64,000 nt of DNA from Laetmonice hystrix (lineage: Eukaryota): the NCBI GenBank assembly GCA_965235115.1, contig OZ249445.1, forward strand, positions 14,508,001-14,572,000, written 5' to 3'. The notes under the pieces were generated by a model. It was not told the origin of the DNA. It saw only the letters and a list, made by a program, of their open reading frames with translations, and did not search any database. Positions 24,306-36,306 of this stretch are shown here, in pieces. A program made the translations under genes and the position numbers. The stretch's first letter is position 1. The number at the start of each line of letters is the position of its first letter.

Positions 24306-24336
24306 GTGAGCTTTGATTACCTCGCACTTCGTAGTG

Positions 24337-24580
24337 ATTAATGCCCCAACCACTGCACTGATTAATACCCCACACACCCCACTGATTAATACCTCACACA
24401 CCCCACTGATTAATACCCCACACATTCCACTGATTAATACCCCAAACACTATTGATTAATACCCCACATACTTCACTAATTAACACCCCACATACCTTAC
24501 TAATTAATACCCAAACATTCCACTGATTAATACCCCAAACATTCAACTGATTAATACCCGACACCCCTCGCTGATTAACC
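24337..24580. repeat. 24-bp minisatellite array A3, about 10 copies
   Basis: Same unit as A2, more diverged. Confidence 0.9.
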
Positions 24581-24842
24581 CTTATACGATTTCACGATTA
24601 AAACAATACGCTCTTTTTAAACTAATTTACTCAACTAATTATTCTACAAATTACACCACTAATAGGAGAATATTCATAGTTTCATGATTAAAAACAATAC
24701 TAGTACGCTCTTGATTTTTTTAAAGGAAAATAAAACGCTGTGTTTATTAGCTTTCTTTTCATGTTGTCTCGATCTACTCGGCTCATTAAAAATGTTCGAA
24801 CAAATGTAAACGTCTTTAACCGAAAGGCGTAATGTTGGGCAG

Positions 24843-25236
24843 CCCCGACTTGATACAAGAGTTGTGGTGATACGGTTGAGTAGGTCGGGGGCGCTTGGAC
24901 GCAGTGACCTTGACCTAGGTGCTGGACATGTGTCGGTTGGCTGGGAGGATTTACGTGCAAAGATCAAGTGTGTACCCCGTATAATATCGGGCATTGAGAC
25001 TCGTAGACCTGTACAGGACGTTTATGTCGCCTGTTCACGAACTCCTGTGGACATGTGAATTATAACGGAGGAGGAATTACGAATTTGAGCAAGGAATCTG
25101 GCACGTTTTCTCGTTACAGTGTCAGGACTGACCATGAATGACAACCTCATTCCATGGCAACCTGCCGCCCAAGGAATAACAGGGCAGGATCGACGGCTAC
25201 ACACACGCTCAACCTCACGAAACGGGAAATCTGAAG
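24843..25236 (+). pseudogene. Cassette U4
   Basis: One frame reads VGWEDLRAKIKCVPRIISGIETRRPVQDVYVACSRTPVDM*IITEEELRI*ARNLARFLVTVSGLTMNDNLIPW, with only two TGA stops in this stretch; donor gaag|GTAAGC. Confidence 0.5.
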
Positions 25237-25759
25237 GTAAGCTTTCACCACATTACCCATTTGTGTATTCTCCATTGCACAACTGACCTCAACAGGTAAG
25301 CTCTCGTTTAGTCGGAGAGTTGTACAACCAGTAAAACTCCCGCAATTTGTAAAAATTATACCCCTATATTTAAAACTTCTGCAATTTGTAAAAATTATAC
25401 CTCTATTATGTAAAAATCTTAGTTCCCCCAATATGTAAACTTCTGCCCCTATATATATATATATATGAAAAATCAACAGGCGGTGATCTACGGCTACGCG
25501 CCCTCTTAACTTGACAAAACGTTGTAAAAGGGAGATCTAGGCCCATATGCACCAGAGAGGATCAGATCAAGTGTTGAGTACGACTCCATTGAGTCGTTCT
25601 CAAATCCTGAGCCATAACTGGTATGCACCAGAAGAGATCAGGTTCAGCTCTACTGATCCGGCTCAGTTGATCTGAGATGTAACTTGATCCTCCAGAGTGA
25701 CCTTTTGAACATTTTCTTGACGTCTAGGCAAGGTATCCCTCGCATTATGCCTTTTATGA

Positions 25760-26190
25760 CTCAAAGGATGGCAATGATGTATCTGCGGCAGCAGTTCATG
25801 GCAAGCGCAATTTCGACAGGGCAAAGTTCCATCTTCACAGCAGAGGCCCGGGTCCTGCTTCTTGCCCTTCAAAATATTGAAGTTTCTAACAAAAATGACT
25901 TCATCATTTTCTCGCATTCCTTGCCAGCACTTGCTAATTTGAACATAGATCACCCCGTTATTGTTCAAATCTTGTCCCAAGTTGGCAGTGCTTGCGAATG
26001 CAAATTTGACAGTCACTTTTGCTGGGTGCCTGGTCATGTTGGCATCGAGCAAGCCGACGGAACTGCCAAGAGGGCTCTCTGTAGAGACGTCGAACCGTGT
26101 CCAATCCCAGCCTCTGATCTCAGACTACCATCTGGGCTTATGTTAAAAACAAATGGCAAGCCAAATTGGATGAACAACCTAACGATAAAT
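25760..26190 (+). mobile_element. RNase H fragment of a non-LTR retrotransposon (I-group-like), degenerate
   Basis: ORF 25684..26358 contains SSIFTAEARVLLLAL..FIIFSHSL..HPVIVQIL..FCWVPGHVGIEQADGTAKRAL, the LINE RNase H pattern (AE, FSDS and WVPxHxG..GNExAD motifs, partly eroded). Confidence 0.8.
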
Positions 26191-26239
26191 TGTATCAGGC
26201 CCGTCGTGAACCAAAGGTATGATCACGACCTGACCCAAC

Positions 26240-26600
26240 GTATACCTCAAATTGTTTTTACTCTATGCAGGACTTTAGTAATTAAAATTCTGTCAAGTCT
26301 CTTGTTTTCCAAATATTTAAGGTTGTCTTTAGGGATTGCAATTTGGGTGCATAATTAATCTGCATCATCCTCTGTTTATTGTGACTTATGTGGATCCCTA
26401 GAATTTTAACGGTTGTATCTGTCAATTTTAAACCAAAAGGGTTTCCTACATTTTACTTTGCACTTCTAATCCACATGGCTTCTGTTTTATCCATATTTAA
26501 TTTTTAAACCAGAATATTTGCCTTCAAAAAGATTCCTTATTTGCTAATAAACCAGTAGCTAGTGTCGTCCGCGAAAAGTGACGCTTTCTTTTCGGTGTGA
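26240..26600 (-). mobile_element. Reverse transcriptase C-terminal fragment, L1/Tx1-like, degenerate
   Basis: Minus strand reads SLFADDTSY then, across stops and frameshifts, NPFGLK..TVKILGIHISHNK..NYAPKLQSLKTTLNIWKTRDLT, the post-YADD pattern of L1/Tx1 ORF2. Confidence 0.7.
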
Positions 26601-26907
26601 AATGAGAAAATCAGGATGTCTAGCCATTCCGCCATGGTGAACAACTCTGTATCAAGCTTGATCCAATGCTTGAACCCGCTAGTGACAAGGTTTGAGTTTT
26701 GGATCTGTTTGAGCATATAATGAAGTTGATCCTCAGTGGTGCATACCAAAATTGATTTGATCTCAGATTTAATCCAGATCAACGTTGATCTGAGCTTCAA
26801 CTTGGGATGATCCTCTCTGGTGCATACGGGCCCTAATGGTGAGCTTTGATCGCGTTACCCTTCCCTTTGTTGTACGGTCGATTGCACAAGTGACCCACTC
26901 CACCCTA

Positions 26908-27470
26908 CACACACTCCATTGATTACCCAACACTCTGTAATAATTAATACCCCAAACACTGCACTCATTAATACCCCAAACACTGGACTGATTAATACCC
27001 CAAACACTGCACTCATTAATACCCCAAACACTGCACTCATTAATACCCCAAACACTGGACTGATTAATACCCCACACACTCCACTGATTAATACCCCACA
27101 CACCCCACTGATTAATACCCCACACACCCCACTGATTAATACCCCACACACCCCACTGATTAATACCCCACACACCCCACTGATTAATACCCCACACACC
27201 CCACTGATTAATACCCCAATACTCCATACAGTCCACTGATTAATGCCCCAAAGAGTCCACTAATTAATATCTCAAATACTCCACTAATTAATACCTCAAA
27301 CACTCCAATGATTAATACCCCAAATACTCCACTGATTAATACCCCAAACACTCCACTGATTAATACCCCAAACACTCCAATGATTAATACCCCAAACACT
27401 CCACTGATTAATACCCCAAACACTCCACTGATTAATACCCTACACCGCTCACTGATTACCCCTTATACTC
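26908..27470. repeat. 24-bp minisatellite array A4, about 23 copies
   Basis: Same unit; its 5' flank and first units match those of A2. Confidence 0.95.
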
Positions 27471-27680
27471 AACTAATTATTCTACAAATTACACCACTAA
27501 TAGGAGAATATTCATAGTTTCATGATTAAAAACAATAATAGTACGCTCTTGATTTTTTTAAAGGAAAATAAAACGCTGTGTTTATTAGCGTTCTTTTCAT
27601 GTTGTCTTGGTCTGCTCGATTCATTAAAAATGTTCGGACAAATTTAAACATTTTTAACCGAAACGCCAAATGTTGGGCAG

Positions 27681-28053
27681 CCCCGACTTGAGACGGTACA
27701 AGAGTTGTGGTGATACGGTTCAGTAGGTCGGCGGCGCTTGGACGCAGTGACCTTGACCTAGGTGCTGGACATGATTGTGTCGGTTGGCTGGGAGGATTTA
27801 CCGGCAAAGATTAAGAATATTGAGACCTATAGACCTGTACAGGACGTCTATGTAGCCTGTTTTATAACGAATGGATTGTTACGGAGAAGGAATTTCGAAT
27901 TTGAGCAAGGAATCTGGCACGTTTTCTCGTTACAGTGTCAGGACTGACCATGAATGACAGCCTCATTCCATGGCAACCTGCCGCCCAAGGAATCAACAGG
28001 GCAGGATCTACGGCTACATACACGCTCAACTTCACGAAACGGGAGATCTAAAG
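27681..28053 (+). pseudogene. Cassette U5 (recent duplicate of U4)
   Basis: Block 27440-28215 closely matches block 24560-25390; donor aaag|GTAAGC. Confidence 0.5.
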
Positions 28054-29176
28054 GTAAGCTTTCACCACATTACCCATTTAGTGTATTCTCCATTGCACAA
28101 CTGACCTCAACAGGTAAGCTCTGGTATAGTCGGAGAGTTGTACAACCAGTAAAACTCCTGCAATATGTAAAAACGTTTCCCCGAGATATGTTAAACTCCC
28201 GCAATTTGTAAAAATACCTGGTAATTTATCCAATTGACCACGGTTAATGGGATAAAAACACCATTAAACAACAAAAAATCGAATACAAATAGATGCAATC
28301 AATATTAAACTAGTACTAGCATTCACGACCTCTTACAATGCGACTGTGGTACAAGCAGTTGTTTCAGGAAGAGAACCCAACCCTACAAAATGTCTTTCCC
28401 ACACATTTCCGGGCATGGGATACTTACCAAAGAAATAGAAATCTTGATGACATGTTAGTGTGCAGCAAATAAATAACGTTCAACTAACCATTCCCAAAAG
28501 CCTATCTCATAAAACCTGATACCAGTGCATTTGGGATGGAATCATTCTGTCCAGCATAAATAAATCAGACACAGTCGACCCCACACAATCTTCCCGTCTC
28601 ATTATTTACCATCCCCGCCATGATAACGGTGAAGACCTCAGTCCTACTGGCAGATACCACTTTCACCGCTTTAATCTATTAGAGACAATACCTATTGTAT
28701 CATGTATGAATGAATACATCATGGGTGAAATCGTCGAACTGACCTTCACCCAATGTTATGATCTTTACGTCAGAACGTTCATATTGTGAGTCACTTTTTA
28801 AATATTGCCAAATTGCAGAACAAAGTAATTGGTGCAGTCTTGCCGTATTCTTCTCCACATTGCAAATCCTTAGTTAAATTAGTCTGAACTTGAAATAATC
28901 TCAATTCTTTCTAACCTAAAAACATACATTATGGTTTCTCAGTAGCCTTAGGCGTTAATTGAAATTAGTATTTGTTTTTAAAACCCCACAATATTGAATC
29001 TCTTCTAGTGGTCTTATCTTCGCTAAAATTAATGTACTACATCATGTAACGTATAAGTAAACGATATTCTGATAAAATATTGTTAATAAGACTGTAAAGT
29101 GTAATGTCCTCCACAGTATTGTGGCCATATAGTCTGATCATCCTGGATTCACCTAAAAGCCACCATTCATCCTTTA

Positions 29177-29609
29177 GGCTGAGTTCACATAGGAGTACAT
29201 GTATACGGCACGGGTATACGGTGCACGTTTTGCAGGGCACGCGAATAGCTTAAATCGTACAATAGGATCTTATAATACCGGGTCACATCAGAGGGCACTC
29301 TTCGAAAAGGCGTATAGTATAGCATAGTGGGAATCGTGCGTGTTCGATTTTAGTGCAGCGTATACCTTGGGGTGCCTGTGTTTAAAAGTTCAGCATTTAC
29401 ACAGTTCTTGATATTTTTTAACTAAATTTTCAGATCTAAGGGCCGATATATAGGGGTATTGACTCTGAAAATTTCAAAGAAATCAGTTCAAGGGGAGGGG
29501 CAGGGGGGCACCTTTCAATTCATGTCGGGAATTAAGACACTGGCGGGCGTGACTCGCCGTGCCCGTATAGCGAATAGCGAATACCGTATACTCCTATGTG
29601 AACTCAGCC
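29177..29609. mobile_element. Harbinger-type MITE (433 bp)
   Basis: 21-bp perfect TIRs ggctgagttcacataggagta / tactcctatgtgaactcagcc, TTA target duplication on both sides. Confidence 0.9.
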
Positions 29610-32600
29610 TTAAGCACACCCAGAAACTGAGTTTAGCATCCCGCTGAAAACATTTGATGACAATGACCAGAAAAGATTAATGAAACAGTTAGCAAAAACA
29701 TTCCGAGAAAGGGCTCGACTAGAAGGTTGTTTGACCCAAGAAGAGCTCGAGGTTGCACACAGAGTATTCAGGCCAGACGAGTTTATATGTCGTACCAACA
29801 TTCGACGTCCTTGAGGATCAGGGGGAAGAATGGTCCTCAGCTCAACCTCTGGCTGTTCGTAAAACGCGACAAATGGGGCGATGGCTGGTGTGGGGAAGTG
29901 GTCGAGTGTATGTCTGCATCCTTCCTGTAGGCCTACCACTTATCTCAATTCTCCGCATTGGGTCATCAAAGGCTGTGGTGTGTCCAGCCATGTATGTGCC
30001 ACTGGGCATATTATAATAGAACCCTACAGGTCTAAAGAGTAGGGGAGAGATCCGGCAGCCAAGCTAAACTTATACGGTATATAAGTTTGTGTCTGGCTAC
30101 ACTTTTCCTTTGACTGAAATAAATTATTTAATATAACCCTGAATATGGCTGAAATATTGCCGACCGGGCGTACAATCCCTTAATCATGTATGTACTCATC
30201 ACATACGGCATTCACACTGTACAAATGTACGTGTATAGGTCTACTGTAACATGGACACTAAGGGTTCCAGGTTCACGATCCCCCCCCCCCCATGCCATTA
30301 ACTCATTCCCGTCAGAATTTTGATCTCCAGATGCGGGAAATAGCGTTTTTGGCATTCCAAAATGACAGAATTTCCGGGGACGAACCCCCGGACCCCCCAA
30401 CGAATGATCGAAGGCCTTGTGGCGTCGGCGCTTCCGGTCTCACATGGATTTTATTAATTTTTCTGTATCATGCGAGTTTGCATTGTTCTGCATTGTTGCT
30501 CACACGGGAATTTGATGAAAAACTCGAATATGGTAGATCTAACCCCATAAAGCGTCACTCACGCCTTTCTGGGAAATAACAGGCCCATGTAGTTTGGCCT
30601 AAAATTATTATCATGAGGTCATAGGGCGCACGAGCCCCCTAAACCCCTGGATCCACGTACATAGATTTGTTTACAAACAGTTTTCCAACTGTGCTCTAAC
30701 TGGACTGTCATGAGGTCACCTGAGGCAAACCCGATCATGACAACATGGTCGATATACGCCAGCGCCCACTGGCGGGATTTTGGAGAAACATGAAACGCTG
30801 GGGCGCGGAAGTGGATTATTTTAAGATTCGGTCACAACTTGTGAAGGAACTTAATGAGGAGTTTAGTCTCCGAAACCTTATCACGTCTTTCTATGCAACA
30901 ATAATTATGCTTCCATTCGCCGTTCAGAATGTTTGAAGCGACGAACTGGAATCGATGTAGGCCTGAAGCCGGGTAACCTAACTTAATACCCATGAAATTT
31001 GGCCGGAAGTAGGCCTATAAAGTGCTATCAGTATCACTATCCCTATCCCTGTCCCTAACCCAGGTCCGTGGACCTCCCAAAAACGTATCCCTATCTCTAT
31101 CCCTGACCTTAACCCTAATCCCTAGCCAAACATTTCATGGGGGAAATTCCCATGAATTGGTTGGAAGGTGACAGCAACGCCTCCATGAGGAAAGAGTAAA
31201 CTGCGCATGCTCCGACTACTTCCGGCGTCACATACCCGATATCTGGTTCGGTTCCAACCACTGGTTCTAGCGCGTGTTATGTGTCGAACATTTCAGGGTT
31301 CTCAAAATTCCCGCCAATAGTCAGTGCCGCATGTCGACAGTAAAATCCGTTGATGTGGCCCACTGTCAAGAATATAATCTTTCTGCATATTCTCAAATTA
31401 CGAGTATAGGCCTACCCCCGACCCCTTTCATCGCGGATCTAGGATTTTTCTTACGGGGGGGGGGGGGGGACTAAACGACCGGCAAAACCATTAGGCCAAG
31501 GCCAAAAATACATGATAAATATGATGATAATTCGTTGATAAAATTAAAATTAGCCCTCCTTGGATCCGCCAGTGCCCCTTGCACCCCCGATTTCTGCGCC
31601 TATCGGTCATAATGGTATATGATAATTTAGAGGGCCACATAGGTTTGTTTGTTTAAAAGGGGTTTAAGATTTTTTTTCTCACAGAATTTTCTGAATTAAT
31701 CTCTCACCCCATCCCCCGTTCAACCAAGAGTCGCTCTTAGCACTAAAACTATAAGCTGGGTAGATCTTTTAGGCCTGCCATATAGGCCAAAGTTATTCAA
31801 ATGTATTCAATATTTTCTTTCTAAATCTGGCGGTCTGGTATACATGCAGGTACCCATGAGGTGGCACCTGTATTTATAGTTCTTCAAGTATCCGTCAGGT
31901 GTCAATCCTTCGATCTTATAAAGTTATGTAATCCTACAGGTGGGCGCCCCTGCCTGTAATCCCCAAAGCGGATCGAGCCGGCGCCATTTCAAGTGCAAAG
32001 CAAGGTAAGGCAATTTAATTCAAAATACGTTTATTCTAACGATATATGTGCTTATTTTGATACTGGTTTGATGTGCTGGAGTTAGCTTGGCCCGTTGGAG
32101 TTTGCTGGGTAGATTGTTTGATGTTATGTTGGGAATAAAAAGGGTAGTAAATGTTGGAGAAGTTTTCACGGAATCGTGGCAGGCCGCCACGGCACCAGAC
32201 CCAACTCGTGGGTCGGACAGGTGCGCGGTGCTGTCGGTGGCTTTATTTCATGTCTGCCAGCATACGACCATCTCTATCAAAGTTGGCGTGCAGTGTGCTA
32301 AACTATAGGCTATAGTACACACATAAGGCTAGCCCTCGGTATTTCATACCAGTCAGATACCATATCCGACTCCGTGTCCCACTGCCCCCCGAGTCAAGTG
32401 TTCAAGTCGACGGCCGATACGGGAGTCCACAGGGGCCCGTCTTTCGGCGGCCCCAGCCATGCCAAATTGGTCGATCGACAACATGGCAAAATACCTGTTA
32501 CCGGGGTGGGGCACTACAAAAACAGGGATTTTATCCAATATCTTTTGGCTAATGAAATGTTTGCTCCGGTAGAGTGGGGACCTTTTGTTTTTAGCGGCGT

Positions 32601-32994
32601 AGACGATTGTTATATTGTTTATAATCATTTCCTCCCCTCCCAGTAGCATGCCCATGGGGAGGGGGGGGGGGTGCTTGGGGTGCTCAAGCACCCTCCTCAA
32701 TTTGCCAATTTTCTTTTTTTGGTTTGTTTTTGGTGCGCTTGTTGCCAATTTGCAGCGCGTACGACGTTGGTTATTTCCAGCACCCCCCTGGGTCCAGTTT
32801 CTGGGTACGCCACTGCCTCCCTCCATGCCTTCCTTCCTTCCTCCCTCCCTCTCTCATTCTTTCCTTCCTTCCTTCCTTCCTTACTTCCTTAATAATAAGA
32901 AGGGCGTTCTTAGTTTTGCCGTGGGTGGGTGGGGGCACGTACCCCCCAATGACCCCTGTTGAATCTGCCACACTCTAGCTGACTATGAATAGGC

Positions 32995-33231
32995 CCACCC
33001 CACCTGGCTGTAGTGATGAGGACCCTATACACCCCACCTGACTGCAGTGATGAGGACCCTATATACCCCACCTGACTGTAGTGATGAGGACCCTATATAC
33101 CCCACCTGACTGCAGTGATGAGGACCCTATATACCCCACCTGACTGTAGTGATGAGGACCCTATACACCCCACCTGACTGTAGTGATGAGGACCCTATAT
33201 ACCCCACCTGACTGTAGTGATGAGGACCCTA
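32995..33231. repeat. 34-bp minisatellite, 7 copies
   Basis: Unit ataccccacctgactgtagtgatgaggaccctat. Confidence 0.95.
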
Positions 33232-33359
33232 GGCAATGTTAGTCGTGCATGAGTTCAATGATACCATTATGTTTGATGACTATTCTGACTTTTTGATGTT
33301 GCAGTGACCGGAGAGGAAATCAACATGTTCGGAGTTTGTGACGTCATGTTTCATGCCAC

Positions 33360-33992
33360 CATTGGACAGTTTGTGACGTCATGCCGCCAGACAGCATTGT
33401 AGCTTGGGCGACATCATGCTCCGTGCTGTGATAACATCAGGCCAGTTGGACAGTTTGTGACACCATACTCCGTGAGCACTGTGATAACATCAGGCCAGTT
33501 GGACAGTTTGTGACGTCATACTCCGTGAGCACTGTGATTACATCAGGCCAGTTGGACAGTTTGTGACGTCATACTCCGTGAGCACTGTGATAACATCAGG
33601 CCAGTTGGACAGTTTGTGACGTCATACTCCGTGAGCACTGTGATAACATCAGGCCAGTTGGACAGTTGGTGACGTCGTGCTACATGCTGTGATAACAACA
33701 GGCCAGTTGGACAGTTTGTGACGGCGTGCTACATGCTGTGATAACATCAGGCCAGTTGGACAGTTAGTGACATCATGCTCCATACTGTGATAACATCAGG
33801 CCAGTTGGACAGTTTGTGACGGCGTGCTACATGCTGTGATAACATCAGGCCAGTTGGACAGTTTGTGACGGCGTGCTACATGCTGTGATAACATCAGGCC
33901 AGTTGGACAGTTGGTGACATCATGCTCCGTACTGTGATAACATCAGGCCAGTTGGACAGTTTGTGACGTCATACTCCATGAGCACTGTGATA
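33360..33992. repeat. 50/53-bp minisatellite, about 12 copies
   Basis: Unit gtgataacatcaggccagttggacagtttgtgacgtcatactccgtgagcact and a shorter variant. Confidence 0.95.
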
Positions 33993-34672
33993 CAACATTG
34001 GAAGAATATGTCTTCAGGTTAGTGACTACGGACTCTTTTAGAAATGAATAGGAAAAATCCATTGCAAGAAAGTCTCCCCAGCTTAGCAGTCAGCATGGTT
34101 TTTTTTCTGTATGACTGTCATCAGTGTGTACTGCAGTACGTATCATTAATTAAAACTTTTGGAGGTAACTACAAAGTTACTATGAATAGTGTTGGATCCA
34201 GAGCTCATCTTAATTTTGGGGGACTTCACAAATGTATTTGAGGTAGGTGAACCCACCCCCAGGACCTGGATCCGCCTCTCAAGGGGGCGGCAGGTTTTTT
34301 TGCAGGCCTTTTTTTGGTGTGCACCTCTCTAACTTGAAACCACAGCAAACAAAAGACCAAAAGTTTGGTTCTTTTTTTTTGTGCTGGGTGGTCAAGGGAG
34401 CTGGTAGATCTTGTTTACTGTCACGAGAGTCTGGCAGAATCTGGCCCCTGTAGTCCACACTGACTGACCCTAGTGTGAGTGGCCAGTGGCACGGACGGCC
34501 TCAGCCCTCAGCAAGTAAACAGCGATTTCTCCGAAGTGTATGAGTCAAATTGTAGGGAATTTTACACAAAATCAGGGACGGTCTGGCGATGATCCACATA
34601 AAATAGATTTTTGAAATAATTCAAAATAGCTGTTTGGCAGCCATCTTGGATGTAAACACAGTTCGTTCAATA

Positions 34673-34920
34673 CTGCCGTGCAATGACAAAAGGAAGCAAG
34701 TTCAACTTTCATCAAAATTGACTTAAGTGTAAATTTGGATTCAGGGAAGTAAGTCCTATCTATCAATGTGTGTTCTGCTAAACATCCTTCTATGAAGCTG
34801 TCAGTCACATGACAGAAGGAAGCATGTCCGTCCAACTGCACTGTAGAGACAACTTGTTTATGTCCATTTCTCAAAACTTGAACTTTTGGACTTGCTTCCT
34901 TTTGTCATTTCACGGCAGAA
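34673..34920. repeat. Inverted repeat, probably part of a non-autonomous DNA element
   Basis: ctgccgtgcaatgacaaaaggaagcaagt pairs with acttgcttccttttgtcatttcacggcag. Confidence 0.6.
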
Positions 34921-35340
34921 TACCTGAAGACAAAACAATCCTGATTGCTTTCAAAGTTGGTGAGGGGAATATGGCAATGTATTCCCACTTAATATGGCGA
35001 CATGGTGGCCAGATTTGTTTTTTGACTGCTAAAATAATTTTGGCTCCTATCTTGAAAATTGTGCGAGATGACGCAATAGTTACCATTATGGACATTTTGG
35101 AAGCATATAAAAACGTTCGTTTGGCGCCATTTTCTACAATCGTATCATAGTTCAAGACGGAATAAGTTCCTTTGGGGGCTGTAATGTTAGAAAAATTCCA
35201 ACTTTTTCGGATACAGCTAGTTGCATGTTTGCAAATTCATCTCAGACCTGATGCCGATTGTGTTTGGTAGAATATCGCCTTGTAGCCTGTCGTATAGATG
35301 AAAACCGGTTTTGATATATTGGGCCATGTGAACGGCTTCC

Positions 35341-35850
35341 AATGAAACACCAATCATGGTACCAGCCTCACTGACACTGGGAACGGCCTGTAAAGGCCTC
35401 TCTCATGCTGCAAACGGCCTGCAATGAAAGACCAATCATGCTACCAGCCTCACTCACACTGGGAACGGCCTGTAAAGGCCTCTCTCATGCTGCAAACGGC
35501 CTGCAATGAAAGACCAATCATGCTACCAGCCTCACTCACACTGGGAACGGCCTGTAAAGGCCTCTCTCATGCTGCGAACGGCCTGCAATGAAAGACCAAT
35601 CATGCTACCAGCCTCACTCACACTGGGAACGGCCTGTAAAGGCCTCTCTCATGCTGCGAACGGCCTGCAATGAAAGACCAATCATGCTACCAGCCTCACT
35701 CACACTGGGAACGGCCTGTAAAGGCCTCTCTCATGCTGCGAACGGCCTGCAATGAAAGACCAATCATGCTACCAGCCTCACTCACACTGGGAACGGCCGT
35801 AAAGGCCTCTCTCATGCTGCGAACGGCCTGCAATGAAATACCTATCCGGC
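35341..35850. repeat. 82-bp minisatellite, about 6 copies (unrelated to 21030-21520)
   Basis: Unit aatgaaagaccaatcatgctaccagcctcactcacactgggaacggcctgtaaaggcctctctcatgctgcgaacggcctgc. Confidence 0.95.
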
Positions 35851-35892
35851 TATCACCCTACTGGCCTTTCTCACGCTGTTATAAGGGGGGTT

Positions 35893-36062
35893 TCCAACTG
35901 AAATGGGGGTGGGGGCCAGTGGGGGAGGGGGGGGGGGGTCCCAACCATAATTAGTCAATCATTGAGATCTATTTAGTTATTTAATTATCTATTAAGCTAA
36001 TTATCTTTTTTTTGGAAGGGGGGGGGGTTCTAGGCAACCCGGAAACCCCCTGGCTACACTCT
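35893..36062 (-). mobile_element. Short dispersed repeat (MITE-like); second copy at 44941-45115 in opposite orientation
   Basis: The reverse complement matches aagggtgtagccaggggg..ttccgggttgcc..gataattaaataactaaata..gattgactaat..atggttgggacccc at 44941. Confidence 0.7.
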
Positions 36063-36306
36063 TGATTTGGACAAAATGACCCTGTCTGCCATCAATGGCA
36101 TGGGCCACACGGTCGAGATGCGGCAGCGCCTGCTGGCGGAAATTTTGATAACCATGGCATGGTCATGGCCGAGTTCGCCAAAACACATGTTAATATCGGA
36201 TTAGTTGGAGATTCTCTTACAATCTGTAACGCTACTAAAATATTATGATCATTTCAGACTTTGATAATTATCCCTGCTTGATATTATGATGTTATAATGT
36301 ATTCTG

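Larger units (their letters stand above)
25540..26832. mobile_element. Non-autonomous PIF/Harbinger-like DNA element (1293 bp) carrying LINE fragments
   Basis: TIRs ggcccatatgcaccagagaggatc / gatcctctctggtgcatacgggcc with a 3-bp TSD (CTA). Removing it restores gatcta-atggtgagc, as seen in the paralogous cassettes U2 and U3. Confidence 0.85.

Noticed and set aside
21886-28215. CRISPR-like or prokaryotic defence locus (repeat blocks alternating with unique-looking segments)
   Set aside because: The intervening segments are paralogues of each other with splice signals, not unique spacers.
28400-28900. PHD-finger relic on the minus strand (GICQ..VWGRLC..FHPKCTG)
   Set aside because: Cys/His spacing is incomplete and there are many stops; cannot be supported without a profile search.
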